Source: a virus. Taken from it: a DNA stretch of 64,000 bases. The stretch covers positions 1-64,000 of IMG/VR virus record IMGVR_UViG_3300025668_000745, one strand, 5' to 3'. The translations under genes and the position numbers were made by a program. Shown piece by piece: positions 36,959 through 47,078 of this stretch. The notes beneath the pieces were generated by a model. It was not told the origin of the DNA and did not search any database. It worked only from the letters and a program-made list of their open reading frames with translations. Numbering within the stretch: the stretch's first letter is position 1; each line of letters opens with the position of its first letter.

Positions 36959-38011
36959 ATGGCAGTAAATGTTGGAGATTTAATCACTGATACGGATTAT
37001 AATAATATGCGTACAACAGTAGAATCAGTTTTAGGAGCACCGGTAGGGACACATGGAAGTCCAACTACTAACTTAGGTTATGGTCAACCTTTAGAAAGTT
37101 CAACAGTAGCCAACGGTGCAACTGTTACTGCTGATGATTTAAATAAACTTTATCTTGATATATATGCATGTAAATTACACCAAGTAGGTGGCACAGGGTT
37201 TACAGTACAAGAAGTTTCTGTTGGTAACATTATTGGTGCAGACGCAAGTGGCACTTCGGTATCAAATCTTAATCTAACACAACAGGGCGTTAATGATTTT
37301 ATAAGCGAGTCTGATCAAGTTTTTACTGATCGTGAAGATAAAGATACAGGATATATGCAAGCATTAGCAGCTAATACACGATCACGTACTACAGCTTGGG
37401 GATATGGCGGGTTAACAACAATAACACATATTTTTAGTGTAAGTTTTGGCGGACAAACAAAGTCAGCTGACTCGGGCAATACTCAAGTACTTACAGCAGC
37501 CGATCATTATCGAGCATTTTTTAATACTGGCGGAGAAATTCGCTGGTACGGTAGTCGTTCAGGCGGCGCCGCTCATACTAAAAACACTGACTGGACAAAT
37601 ATGTTTGCTGACTTAGGAACAGTGAAAATAGATCGTGATAGTGTTACAGTTACTGGTAATACTACAAATACAACAGTATTATCAAAAGGCGGATTTGAAT
37701 TATCTACAACATATCAAGATATAATAGTTCGAACTGGTGCTAATTATTCTGTTAACAATTTAACATTATCAGCCAAAGTTGATAGTAATACTAATCCGAC
37801 AGTAGTTACACTGCGCTTACAATTAACTGATACAGATGATGACTACGGTGGCGCAACTTTTGACGACGGCTATGTAGAACCAGCAGTTGATCCAAGTGTT
37901 GACGGTACATTATCAAGTAATACTCAAATATATCTTGCTCAAGATAGTAATAATATTATTGAAATAACAGCGCCAACAGTTAATATGAATGTATCTGGAA
38001 CTGATCTTTAA
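36959..38011 (+). CDS. Virion structural protein (tail/fibre associated)
   Basis: G..I...DYN, GYGQ and R.FFNTGGEIR motifs; T/G/S-rich composition; last gene of the structural block. Confidence 0.6.
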   Translation: MAVNVGDLITDTDYNNMRTTVESVLGAPVGTHGSPTTNLGYGQPLESSTVANGATVTADDLNKLYLDIYACKLHQVGGTGFTVQEVSVGNIIGADASGTSVSNLNLTQQGVNDFISESDQVFTDREDKDTGYMQALAANTRSRTTAWGYGGLTTITHIFSVSFGGQTKSADSGNTQVLTAADHYRAFFNTGGEIRWYGSRSGGAAHTKNTDWTNMFADLGTVKIDRDSVTVTGNTTNTTVLSKGGFELSTTYQDIIVRTGANYSVNNLTLSAKVDSNTNPTVVTLRLQLTDTDDDYGGATFDDGYVEPAVDPSVDGTLSSNTQIYLAQDSNNIIEITAPTVNMNVSGTDL

Positions 38012-38018
38012 ATTTTAA

Positions 38019-38047
38019 TTGACAAACTGTATTTAAGACTGTATACT
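38019..38047 (+). promoter_or_regulatory. Near-consensus sigma70 promoter heading the enzyme cluster
   Basis: TTGACA (38019-38024)-N17-TATACT (38042-38047), then a GGAG RBS and the ATG at 38067. Confidence 0.8.
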
Positions 38048-38066
38048 AACAGTATGGAGTATACGT

Positions 38067-38420
38067 ATGGATAAAAAACTTGAAGCAGCATTAGACTTTA
38101 CTAATTATTCGCTTACATTAGAAAAACAAAAACTTATAGCAAAAAACCACTTCAAAAAATCTATTATTTTGAATTACGAAGGCGGTATGTTTACAGTATC
38201 GATGGAGTTATTGTCTTATTGTAAATTAATGGAAAAAGATAGCAACTACGAACAATACATTATTATTGACGATAATGATATCCCAATTGAAATAACAAAC
38301 TTAGAAGAATTTTATACACAGGCTCGTAGGTTGTATTACAAACACTGTAAACAATATCTAAATGAGTATAAACGTTTAATTGGCAAAAGAGACGTAAAGG
38401 GTATTGTATTTGATGAGTAG
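38067..38420 (+). CDS. Hypothetical protein (117 aa)
   Basis: Good RBS and first gene after the promoter. No function recognised. Confidence 0.75.
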   Translation: MDKKLEAALDFTNYSLTLEKQKLIAKNHFKKSIILNYEGGMFTVSMELLSYCKLMEKDSNYEQYIIIDDNDIPIEITNLEEFYTQARRLYYKHCKQYLNEYKRLIGKRDVKGIVFDE

Positions 38421-39231
38421 CGGAGTATTGTTATTTGCAAGTAATAATAAATCAGTTGATTATGTAAAGCAAGCTATTTTCCTTGCTAAACGCATACGCA
38501 AGTATATGGACTTGCCCACTTCGATTGTTACGACTGACAAAGACTATAACATCGAACCCAGTGTGTTTGATAAGATCGTTTATGTTGATGATACAAAAAA
38601 GATTAATAATCGAATATATAATGATGCAGCTAAATCTATTACATTAAATTTTAAAAATAATTTACGTCCGTTGGCGTACGATCTTTCACCGTATGATAAT
38701 ACTTTTTTAATGGATACTGATTATATAGTTTCCAGTAATTATTTAAAAGGTTTTTTGCAACAGTATGAGGATTTTTTAATTTTTAAAGATAGCATTAATA
38801 TAGGATATGAAGATAATGCTGATACGTTTAAGTACATAGGTAAAAATAGTATTGACTTTTATTGGGCTACAGTAGTTTATTTTACTAAATCAAATAAGAA
38901 TAAAGTATTTTTTGACTTATTAAAACATATACAAGAAAATTATTATAATTATGCAGTAAATTATAACTTACAAAATACAATGTATAGGAACGATCATGCA
39001 TTTAGTATTGCAATTCATATAATGAATAATTTTGGACAGTCTAATCTTTTCAAAACTTTTCCAACTCCTATAATTTATACTTTAGACAAAGAAGAATTAT
39101 TAGAAATTAACGATACAGAATTAACATTATTATCTCGAAACTCAGATAAAATTAATACTGTATTACATAAAACAAAAGACATAGATGTTCATGTAATGAA
39201 TAAGTTTAGTTTAGAAAAGTTAATATCATGA
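38413..39231 (+). CDS. GT-A fold glycosyltransferase (GT8/nucleotide-diphospho-sugar transferase-like)
   Basis: DY...A..LA.RI N-terminus, SPYDNTFLMDTD (DxD) and RND.AF. Likely starts at ATG 38413 (ORF track gives 38404). Confidence 0.75.
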   Translation: MSSGVLLFASNNKSVDYVKQAIFLAKRIRKYMDLPTSIVTTDKDYNIEPSVFDKIVYVDDTKKINNRIYNDAAKSITLNFKNNLRPLAYDLSPYDNTFLMDTDYIVSSNYLKGFLQQYEDFLIFKDSINIGYEDNADTFKYIGKNSIDFYWATVVYFTKSNKNKVFFDLLKHIQENYYNYAVNYNLQNTMYRNDHAFSIAIHIMNNFGQSNLFKTFPTPIIYTLDKEELLEINDTELTLLSRNSDKINTVLHKTKDIDVHVMNKFSLEKLIS

Positions 39232-40082
39232 GTAAGGGTTTTCTGTTATTTGCTCAAAATAACTCAACAACAGATTATGTGCGACAAGCATATGCATTAG
39301 CATGTAGTATAAAAGCTACACAAAAAACTCACTCTAATGTTTGTTTAATTACTGATAAAAATGTTAGTGACAATTATTCAAAAGTTTTTGATCAAGTTAT
39401 AGTAATACAGTCTGACGATGCATTAAACAGTGAATGGAAGATTGAAAATAGATATAAAATTTATGATCTTAGTCCGTATGAAGAAACTATTGTGTTAGAT
39501 ACTGATATGTTAGTATTATCAGATTTGTTAGACTACTGGCAAGACTTTTCAACACACGATATTTGCTTTACTACTGATGTAAGAACATTTAGAAATAAAC
39601 CTATAACAACTGGACTATGGTATTATAGAAAAGCATTTGTAAGATTTGAGCTACCTAATACATATGTTGCACTACATTATTTTAAAAAGACAACTCTAAC
39701 AAAGATGTTTGCAAAATATTTAGAAATTATTAATAAAAATTGGGAAGTAATATATGGTACATTTACAGGTGGCAATGCTTTTCAAAAATGGGCAAGTATT
39801 GATGTTAGTGCTGCATTAGCAATTCGAGTTTTAGATATTGAAAAGGAAGTTACTCCAAAGAATTCTGTAATTAATTTTACTCATATGAAAGTATACCATC
39901 AAGAGTTTGATAATTTGCAAAATAATTGGCAAGATTATATTACTGCTTATATGACAGACGAATTAGAACTTTTTATTGGCAACTATAAACAAGGTGGAGT
40001 TTTTCATTATATTGAAGATTCGTTCTTAAGCGATAAAATTATAAAAAAATATGAAAAGTATTTGAATTATGCAGAATTATAA
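39228..40082 (+). CDS. GT-A fold glycosyltransferase, paralogue of the preceding gene
   Basis: DYVRQAYALA.SI, LSPYEETIVLDTDML (DxD), FTHMK and FHY motifs. Confidence 0.8.
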   Translation: MSKGFLLFAQNNSTTDYVRQAYALACSIKATQKTHSNVCLITDKNVSDNYSKVFDQVIVIQSDDALNSEWKIENRYKIYDLSPYEETIVLDTDMLVLSDLLDYWQDFSTHDICFTTDVRTFRNKPITTGLWYYRKAFVRFELPNTYVALHYFKKTTLTKMFAKYLEIINKNWEVIYGTFTGGNAFQKWASIDVSAALAIRVLDIEKEVTPKNSVINFTHMKVYHQEFDNLQNNWQDYITAYMTDELELFIGNYKQGGVFHYIEDSFLSDKIIKKYEKYLNYAEL

Positions 40083-40644
40083 AAAGAGAATTTCCTATCT
40101 AAATAAAATTAATAATAAAGTACCTATCTGGTATTGCGAATATGATAGCAAGTCTAACGATATTATATGTTTTACAACAATTGATAATAAAACATCTACA
40201 CGAATTGAAGTTTCACATGACACTGCAATGAAGTTTAATAGTGGAGAAAAACATTTATATCAATATTTTGTCAATGTTGACAGTAATGCTGTTGAAATTA
40301 AACAACAGTTTTTAAAGCCTAAAACAACAAACTTTTTTGAAGTAATACAACAAACAGATATATGTGATATTATAATACAAAAGGACTACAAAAACAACAA
40401 GTGGAAATTTAGTTGTAATAATGTTGAGAACAACATTGACGGATCATTACATTTCAGCATTACTCAGAAAGACAACCCAAATTTGCTATATAGAAGTATA
40501 ACCATTTCTGTAAATGAGATAACTGATAATACTGTAGAAGTTGACTTTACAGAACACGATAAAAACACTAAAGACTATAGTGTGTTCACAGTTAAAAAGT
40601 TTCAATCGTATACATTAGAGGAAAAACATGCATCAAACACTTAA
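40069..40644 (+). CDS. Hypothetical protein (191 aa)
   Basis: Overlaps both neighbours within the operon. No motif recognised. Confidence 0.7.
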   Translation: MQNYKKRISYLNKINNKVPIWYCEYDSKSNDIICFTTIDNKTSTRIEVSHDTAMKFNSGEKHLYQYFVNVDSNAVEIKQQFLKPKTTNFFEVIQQTDICDIIIQKDYKNNKWKFSCNNVENNIDGSLHFSITQKDNPNLLYRSITISVNEITDNTVEVDFTEHDKNTKDYSVFTVKKFQSYTLEEKHASNT

Positions 40645-42244
40645 AGTAAAAGATTTAGATATAATATATCTATCTTACGATGAACCAAACGCAGAAAAAA
40701 ATTATGAAGACTTACTTACAAAAGTGCCTTGGGCAAAGCGTGTACACGGAGTAGAAGGCAGCGATGCCGCACACAAAGCATGTGCTAAACTTAGTAATAC
40801 AGATCGATTTATTACTATAGACGGTGACAACATAATTAATCCTAAGTTTCTGCAAGAAGAAATATATTTCTATGATGGTGCAGATATCGACAAGGCTGTT
40901 ATTAGTTGGACTGCTAAAAATTCAATTAACAATTTAATGTATGGTAATGGCGGCATTAAGTGTTGGCCAAAATCTCATGTTTTAAATATGCAAACACATG
41001 AAAATGCTGAACCAGATAATGTCAAAGCACAAGTCGATTTCTGCTGGGACATGGAGTACATACAACAAGATACTTGTTATTCGATGATAATGAATAATTA
41101 TACTCCTCATCAAGCGTGGCGTGCTGGGTTTCGTGAAGGGGTTAAGATGGCACTCAACGAAGGAACACAACTATCTAAAGACGGATTGTTATCTCAACAT
41201 TGGAAAAATCTAAATAGACTCTATATTTGGACAATGGTCGGCTGCGATACTATAAACGGCGACTGGGGAATACTTGGGGCAAGAGCAGGTTTGTATATGG
41301 CTATGTGTACAGATTGGGATTTTATACAAGTAAGAGATTTTGAACATTTAAACGACTTATGGAAACAGTCCTTTGAATCGATTGAAAACGTTGAAGATGA
41401 AATTGTTGAATACGGTATCAAACTCATTAATGCACTTGATCTTCCAATTGCTGAAAATCCGTTATCAGCTCAACAGAGTAAATTCTTCAAAACAGTGTAT
41501 CGAAACCCTCCAAGATTAATATCGCCTAAAGTTGTCAAAGCATCTCCAGTAGCAAAAACAGAATACGATATTGTAATGATAACATATAACGAAGAATATA
41601 TGAATCAAAACTACAAGAGATTATTAGAAAGATTTCCTTATGCAAAGCGTATACACGGAGTAGATGGAATTCATAATGCACATATAAAAGCAGCAGAGCT
41701 ATGCACAACTGATATGATTTGGATAGTTGACGGTGATGCTGTTATTGACGACGATTTTAATTTTAACTATGCAGTTCCTAAATGGGATTTAGACACAGTG
41801 CATGTATGCAATAGTAAAAATCCTATTAATGATTTAATTTACGGTTATGGTGCTATTAAACTATTTCCGAGAGAACTTACTCTTAATATGGATAAGTCTA
41901 AGCCGGATATGACTACAAGTATAAGTAATAAATTTAAAAAAGTATACGAAATAAGTAATATTACTGAATTTAATACAAGTCCGCTAAACACTTGGAAAAG
42001 TGCATTTAGAGAATGTTGTAAACTTTCAAGCAAAGTAATAGACAGACAAAAAGACGACGAAACAAACGAACGATTAAATATTTGGTGTACAGTTGGCAAC
42101 GACAGACAATACGGAGAATATGCAATCGATGGTGCCAACGAAGGCAGAAAATACGGAGAATACTATCGTGATTCACTGCAAGATCTGCGTAGAATAAATG
42201 ATTTTATGTGGTTAGAGGAGAGATTTAATGAGCATTACAAATAA
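40628..42244 (+). CDS. Tandem two-domain GT-A glycosyltransferase-like protein
   Basis: Two internal copies of DI....Y.E....NY..LL...P.AKR.HGV.G...AH...A.L..TD.....DGD, GxG.IK..P and W...FRE..K. Confidence 0.75.
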   Translation: MHQTLKVKDLDIIYLSYDEPNAEKNYEDLLTKVPWAKRVHGVEGSDAAHKACAKLSNTDRFITIDGDNIINPKFLQEEIYFYDGADIDKAVISWTAKNSINNLMYGNGGIKCWPKSHVLNMQTHENAEPDNVKAQVDFCWDMEYIQQDTCYSMIMNNYTPHQAWRAGFREGVKMALNEGTQLSKDGLLSQHWKNLNRLYIWTMVGCDTINGDWGILGARAGLYMAMCTDWDFIQVRDFEHLNDLWKQSFESIENVEDEIVEYGIKLINALDLPIAENPLSAQQSKFFKTVYRNPPRLISPKVVKASPVAKTEYDIVMITYNEEYMNQNYKRLLERFPYAKRIHGVDGIHNAHIKAAELCTTDMIWIVDGDAVIDDDFNFNYAVPKWDLDTVHVCNSKNPINDLIYGYGAIKLFPRELTLNMDKSKPDMTTSISNKFKKVYEISNITEFNTSPLNTWKSAFRECCKLSSKVIDRQKDDETNERLNIWCTVGNDRQYGEYAIDGANEGRKYGEYYRDSLQDLRRINDFMWLEERFNEHYK

Positions 42245-43127
42245 AGAATTTTTACATGGATTACAAGAATATAGTGAATTTAAGACAGAAGGTTCGGTTG
42301 CACGAAATGTAAAATCTTTCTTAGATATCCTATATGCAGAGGATCAAAAGTCTGCTTTTGTTAATCATTTCTTACCAAAAGATCTTGCAAATATTTACGG
42401 ATCTGATAATTTTGAGCAAGACCTTATTGTATATCTTTTAAATAATTATGAAGGCAACGATACTCGTTATTTTAGATTTATTAAGGACTTTATCAAAAAA
42501 GATAAAGACATGAATATACTCTCAGATGCATTAAGTAGAAGCCAAATCAAGAGTAAGATATGGTTAGTAAATGAGCTTGAAAAAATATCTAATCATTATG
42601 GCAATGTTGTACTATTAGCTGGTTGGTACGGACAGTTAGTTGAGTTGTTTGGAGATAGTGTAGACAAGATTACATTTAAAAAATTTAGAAACGTTGAAAT
42701 TGATATAGATGCATGTAATGAAAGTGACTATAATTTTAACTTACGTCGAATAGATGATTACAAAGTAAAATCTATACACGGCGATATTAATAATCTTAAT
42801 CTGCACGGAAGCGGATATCAGTGGGACGTAGAAAATTTTAAAACTGAAGAAAAATATAATGAGCAATTTTACCCAGACCTAATTATAAACACAAGTGCTG
42901 AACATATGACAACTGAATGGTTTAATCAAATTAGATTTAACCCTTGGAAAGATCATAAACCTATTGTTGCTATACAAAGTAATAATTATTTTGACTTAGA
43001 AGAACACGTAAATTGCGTACATAGTATTAATCATATGAAAAAACTATTTCCTATGAGTAAAATATTATATGAAGGTGAATTACAACTTAAAGGTTATAAG
43101 AGAGTTATGTTGATCGGTGAAGCATAA
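42228..43127 (+). CDS. Class I SAM-dependent methyltransferase-like protein
   Basis: SKIWL, VVLLAGWYG (motif I-like), acidic EID, DLIINTSAEH and QSNN. Confidence 0.6.
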   Translation: MSITNKEFLHGLQEYSEFKTEGSVARNVKSFLDILYAEDQKSAFVNHFLPKDLANIYGSDNFEQDLIVYLLNNYEGNDTRYFRFIKDFIKKDKDMNILSDALSRSQIKSKIWLVNELEKISNHYGNVVLLAGWYGQLVELFGDSVDKITFKKFRNVEIDIDACNESDYNFNLRRIDDYKVKSIHGDINNLNLHGSGYQWDVENFKTEEKYNEQFYPDLIINTSAEHMTTEWFNQIRFNPWKDHKPIVAIQSNNYFDLEEHVNCVHSINHMKKLFPMSKILYEGELQLKGYKRVMLIGEA

Positions 43128-43801
43128 TGAAACGAATACTATGTATCGGCGACAGTCATACTGCTGGACATAATAGACGCACTAACGTATCTGGCCCTGA
43201 CGATATTGTAACTCCTAAGAATTGGTCAGCCTATTTACAAAAAACATTTCGTAATTCAGAAGTTTGGAATTTATCATTATCAGGTTCAAACAACTTTTTC
43301 TCTGGTATAATACTTGATAGTTTTTTAGAAACTTATACTCCTGATGTAGTAATTTATCAGATATCTGATCATAGAAGATTTATAAAAATAAAACGTACAA
43401 CTAAATTAAATTTATTAGAAAGTACAAATTGTGTTGCTCCTAATTATTATGCATTACAAAGACGACCTTTCCCCTTTGGAATGATGGTTAGTCCACAGAG
43501 CTTTTCATCTGCATCACGTAAAGAGATAATTCGGCTGTATACAGCGTTATCTGATGACGACATTGTATATTTAAATAGTATTGCAGTAGAAAGGAATCTT
43601 CTAAAATTACAGAATATTCCACATTACGCATTTTATTGGCGCAAAGAAGATGCTGTTATTACAGGCTACGACAGTGTAGATGATATATTAGGATCACAAT
43701 TTCATAGTTTTGTTGAAGACAACGGATGTCACTTAAATACTACAGGACACGGACTTGTTTACAATAACATTATTCATACAAAGGTAGTAAACTTACTATG
43801 A
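43127..43801 (+). CDS. SGNH/GDSL hydrolase-like protein
   Basis: IGDSHTAG (block I), NLSLSGSNN and C-terminal DNGCHLNTTGH. Confidence 0.75.
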   Translation: MKRILCIGDSHTAGHNRRTNVSGPDDIVTPKNWSAYLQKTFRNSEVWNLSLSGSNNFFSGIILDSFLETYTPDVVIYQISDHRRFIKIKRTTKLNLLESTNCVAPNYYALQRRPFPFGMMVSPQSFSSASRKEIIRLYTALSDDDIVYLNSIAVERNLLKLQNIPHYAFYWRKEDAVITGYDSVDDILGSQFHSFVEDNGCHLNTTGHGLVYNNIIHTKVVNLL

Positions 43802-44025
43802 TAGATTTAAAAGATCTCCCTGTTAGGGAATTACAAAAAGAAAGTGCAAGAGCTCTAAGTACAATACAAGCAACTAACAATAATATTTGGCAGTTTAATA
43901 AAAAAGCTCATCACAATAGTCATAATTGGTATTGTGCTGTAATAGACTGGTATATTGATCAATATGGAGATTTGCCCAGTAAAGCAGGCCCTGGTAAAGA
44001 TGTAAAATTGGTGTTAGATGTATGA
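43798..44025 (+). CDS. Small hypothetical protein (75 aa, H/N/W-rich)
   Basis: 4-nt ATGA overlaps with both neighbours, indicating translational coupling. Confidence 0.75.
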   Translation: MIDLKDLPVRELQKESARALSTIQATNNNIWQFNKKAHHNSHNWYCAVIDWYIDQYGDLPSKAGPGKDVKLVLDV

Positions 44026-44654
44026 GAAAAAATGTATTCTGTTTTGGATGCAGCTTTACTAACGGTATCCATTTTGCCCAAAAAGACTGGAGAGCTTCAT
44101 ATCCGTATCAGCTATCTCTACTCATGCCGGACGTAGATGTTTATAATCTTGGGGTATCTGGTGGAAATAATATACTGAATGATATGATAATAAAAAAAGC
44201 ACTTGAGGAGTATTCCGTAGATTTTTCTATTGTACAGTTTACATTTCCAAATAGATTTTATATTTCGTTATCTGATAGTTCTGAAAAAATAGGTATTAGG
44301 TACGGGGTTAAGCAGCTAAGTGATAATTATTACTTGTTATCCAAAGAGTACATAGCAGAATATTTTAATATTTTTACGCCAAGCTACTTGAAAAGCAATG
44401 TTCAAAGGATTAAGCAACTGTATAAATTACTACCAAAAAGACAAATAGCTCATATAAATGAAACAGCTTATTTGTCAACATTATATAGATTAAAAGACTT
44501 GCATCATTATACTTGGTCTTGGAACGAAGACACGTTAGGCACTAATGTAGTACCTAATAGCCTAAAATTAGAAAAATTTGATGACGGTACTGGACATTTG
44601 ACTCAAAAAGGTAATCGGGTACTTGCAGGCTATTTAAAAGGTGAAATAGCATAA
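44022..44654 (+). CDS. SGNH hydrolase-like protein (GCS variant)
   Basis: FGCSFTNG, NLGVSGGNN, QFTFPNR and DDGTGHLTQKGN. Confidence 0.75.
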   Translation: MRKNVFCFGCSFTNGIHFAQKDWRASYPYQLSLLMPDVDVYNLGVSGGNNILNDMIIKKALEEYSVDFSIVQFTFPNRFYISLSDSSEKIGIRYGVKQLSDNYYLLSKEYIAEYFNIFTPSYLKSNVQRIKQLYKLLPKRQIAHINETAYLSTLYRLKDLHHYTWSWNEDTLGTNVVPNSLKLEKFDDGTGHLTQKGNRVLAGYLKGEIA

Positions 44655-45737
44655 ATGTATAGATACGAAGACATCAAAGAAGTACACTTAGAAATTACGC
44701 AAAAGTGTCAAGCGGCCTGTCCTATGTGCGATCGTAACATGAATGGCGGAGATGATAATCCTCATATTACAAATGCAGAACTTAGTTTAGAAGATGCAAA
44801 AAGAATGTTTAGTCCTGCTTTTATAAAGCAATTAAATGTTATGTATATGTGCGGCAACTTAGGAGATCCTATTGTTGCTAAAGATACGCTTGAAGTATTC
44901 AAATATTTCCGCGAACATAACGATAAGATATGGTTGAGCATGAATACTAATGCTGGAGCCAAGAGTGCTGAATGGTGGACAGAACTTGCAGGAGTTATTG
45001 GTCGCAAGGGAGCAGTAATTTTTAGTGTAGACGGTTTAAAGGATACAAATCATTTATATCGACAGAACGTTGTTTGGAATAATGTTGAACGTAACATGCG
45101 AGCATTTATTAATGCTGGAGGCAGAGCCCGTTGGGACTTCTTAATTTTTGCACACAATGAACATCAAGTAGATGAAGCAGAAGCACTTGCTACTCAGTGG
45201 GGATGTGAAAAGTTTATCAAGAAAAAATCAGGTAGATTTATTACAAGTGATATTAAACCTAAAACATCTCATCAAGCAATAAATCGTAAAGGGGCTGAAA
45301 CACAAAACTTAGCACAGCCTAAAGATGAAAAGAATAAAAACATAGCACTACTAAAACAAAAAGAAATTGAAAAGTCTTATGGTAGTATGAAAGAGTATTT
45401 AGATAAGTGCAGTATTACTTGTAAAGTTGCAAACCAAGGAAGTATTTTTGTAACAGCAGAAGGACTTTTAATGCCGTGTTGTTGGACTGCTGGACGTATG
45501 TACAAATGGTGGCATGCAGATCCCCGTGTAGAACAGGTATGGGATCATATAGATAATGCTGGCGGAAAACAAGGCATAAGTATTATAGACAATGACATTA
45601 AACACGTGGTTAATGGAAAATTAATAGATAGTATCACTGCAAGTTGGCAAAAAAATAGTATTGCTGACGGAAAACTTGGCGTTTGCGCTCAAAAATGCGG
45701 TAGTGAATTTGACCCGTATAAGGAGCAATTTGTATGA
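44655..45737 (+). CDS. Radical SAM protein with C-terminal SPASM/twitch-like domain (type B)
   Basis: CQAACPMC, CGNLGDP, FSVDG; C-terminal C...G..MPCC...CAQKC. Confidence 0.92.
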   Translation: MYRYEDIKEVHLEITQKCQAACPMCDRNMNGGDDNPHITNAELSLEDAKRMFSPAFIKQLNVMYMCGNLGDPIVAKDTLEVFKYFREHNDKIWLSMNTNAGAKSAEWWTELAGVIGRKGAVIFSVDGLKDTNHLYRQNVVWNNVERNMRAFINAGGRARWDFLIFAHNEHQVDEAEALATQWGCEKFIKKKSGRFITSDIKPKTSHQAINRKGAETQNLAQPKDEKNKNIALLKQKEIEKSYGSMKEYLDKCSITCKVANQGSIFVTAEGLLMPCCWTAGRMYKWWHADPRVEQVWDHIDNAGGKQGISIIDNDIKHVVNGKLIDSITASWQKNSIADGKLGVCAQKCGSEFDPYKEQFV

Positions 45738-46450
45738 TATACGTAGGCGGCGACAGCTATGCATATGGATCAGAATTATTAGATATATCAAATCGTTTTG
45801 GTGATATTGTATCAGATGCTATGGGAACAACAAATCAAAACGATGCAATAGGCGGCGCAAGTAATCAAAGAATTTACCGTAAATTTTTTGAAGCGTTTGA
45901 TCCTAATAAATTTTCACATGTAATTTTAGGATGGACTGGCCTAAACAGATTTGAACATTATTCTGTCTTTGATCAAGATTATGACGGTTATAGAAGAATA
46001 ACTGCACATCGATTACTTCCTTCTAACAAACATGAAGATTACATAGATGAAAAACTTAGAAAAAGAATCGCAAAATTGCGAGATGATGTAAAGGTATCTA
46101 AAGAAAATAAAGTATTATTGCAGTACATGGCTAATGTACGTACTGACAGAGTTATACATGCTGAAATTTTAAATATGATACTGCAAGTACAAAGGATGTG
46201 TAAATATACTGACACAAAATTATGCATGTTTTTTGGAGTACAGAATAATATCATAAAATTCAATGAATTAATAACAGATCATTTAATGTACAATAGTGTA
46301 GACTGGAATGATACATGGCTTTATCAACCAGATTATTCTTTACAGGAATGTATGAATGATTTAAAATTACCAATAGGCCCAGGGAAACACTTTTTAGAAG
46401 AAGGCCATCAAGTTGCTGCTGACAAAATATTGGAGCATTTTAGTGTCTGA
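45734..46450 (+). CDS. SGNH hydrolase-like protein
   Basis: GGDSYAYG, GGASNQRI, WTGLNRFE and GKHFLEEGH. Confidence 0.75.
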   Translation: MIYVGGDSYAYGSELLDISNRFGDIVSDAMGTTNQNDAIGGASNQRIYRKFFEAFDPNKFSHVILGWTGLNRFEHYSVFDQDYDGYRRITAHRLLPSNKHEDYIDEKLRKRIAKLRDDVKVSKENKVLLQYMANVRTDRVIHAEILNMILQVQRMCKYTDTKLCMFFGVQNNIIKFNELITDHLMYNSVDWNDTWLYQPDYSLQECMNDLKLPIGPGKHFLEEGHQVAADKILEHFSV

Positions 46451-47078
46451 TAAATGTTTTCAACTTTCAATCTCAACGTATTGTCAAGCTAAATGTCGTA
46501 GTTGCTTACGTACCAATAGCGAAACAGGTGAGCCGGAAGATTGGCTTACGCCTACACATATGAGCGTAGAAGCAGTACAAAATTTAGTATCTGGCGATTA
46601 TTTTAAAAAGAACAAACTGGGATATTTACTTCTTTGCGGAGAATTAGGTGATCCAATGATGCATCCTAATATAGATAAAATTTTAGATATTACTCTTGCT
46701 GTTGTTCCTCGAGTAGAACTTTCGACAAACGGCGGCCTGCGTCAACCAGAATGGTATGCAAAGACAGCGCAAAAATATGGAAGTCGTATTCATATTAAAT
46801 GGGCAATAGACGGCACTGACCATGAGACAAATTGGAAATATAGAGAAGGTGTTGACTATTATCGAGCAATGGATAATATGAAAGCATGGATTGAAAACGG
46901 TGGTAACGGTGATTGGCATTATTTAATTTTTGAGTGGAACTGGAAACAAGTAAAAACAGCTAAACAAATAGCTAAAGATATAGGGATTGAAATACTATTT
47001 AAAATAAACAACAGGCCGTTTGGGTTAATTGATCCACTTCATAAACGTAAAGTAATGGAGGAATTGACCAATGGCTAA
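46443..47078 (+). CDS. Radical SAM core domain only (type B, split gene part 1)
   Basis: CQAKCRSC, CGELGDP, TNGG and AIDG. Likely GTG start at 46443 behind GGAG (ORF track gives 46413). Confidence 0.88.
   Translation: MSDKCFQLSISTYCQAKCRSCLRTNSETGEPEDWLTPTHMSVEAVQNLVSGDYFKKNKLGYLLLCGELGDPMMHPNIDKILDITLAVVPRVELSTNGGLRQPEWYAKTAQKYGSRIHIKWAIDGTDHETNWKYREGVDYYRAMDNMKAWIENGGNGDWHYLIFEWNWKQVKTAKQIAKDIGIEILFKINNRPFGLIDPLHKRKVMEELTNG

Noticed and set aside
31602-38011. Diversity-generating retroelement or invertase shufflon acting on the fibres
   Set aside because: No reverse transcriptase, recombinase, template/variable repeat pair or inverted cassettes were seen in the window.
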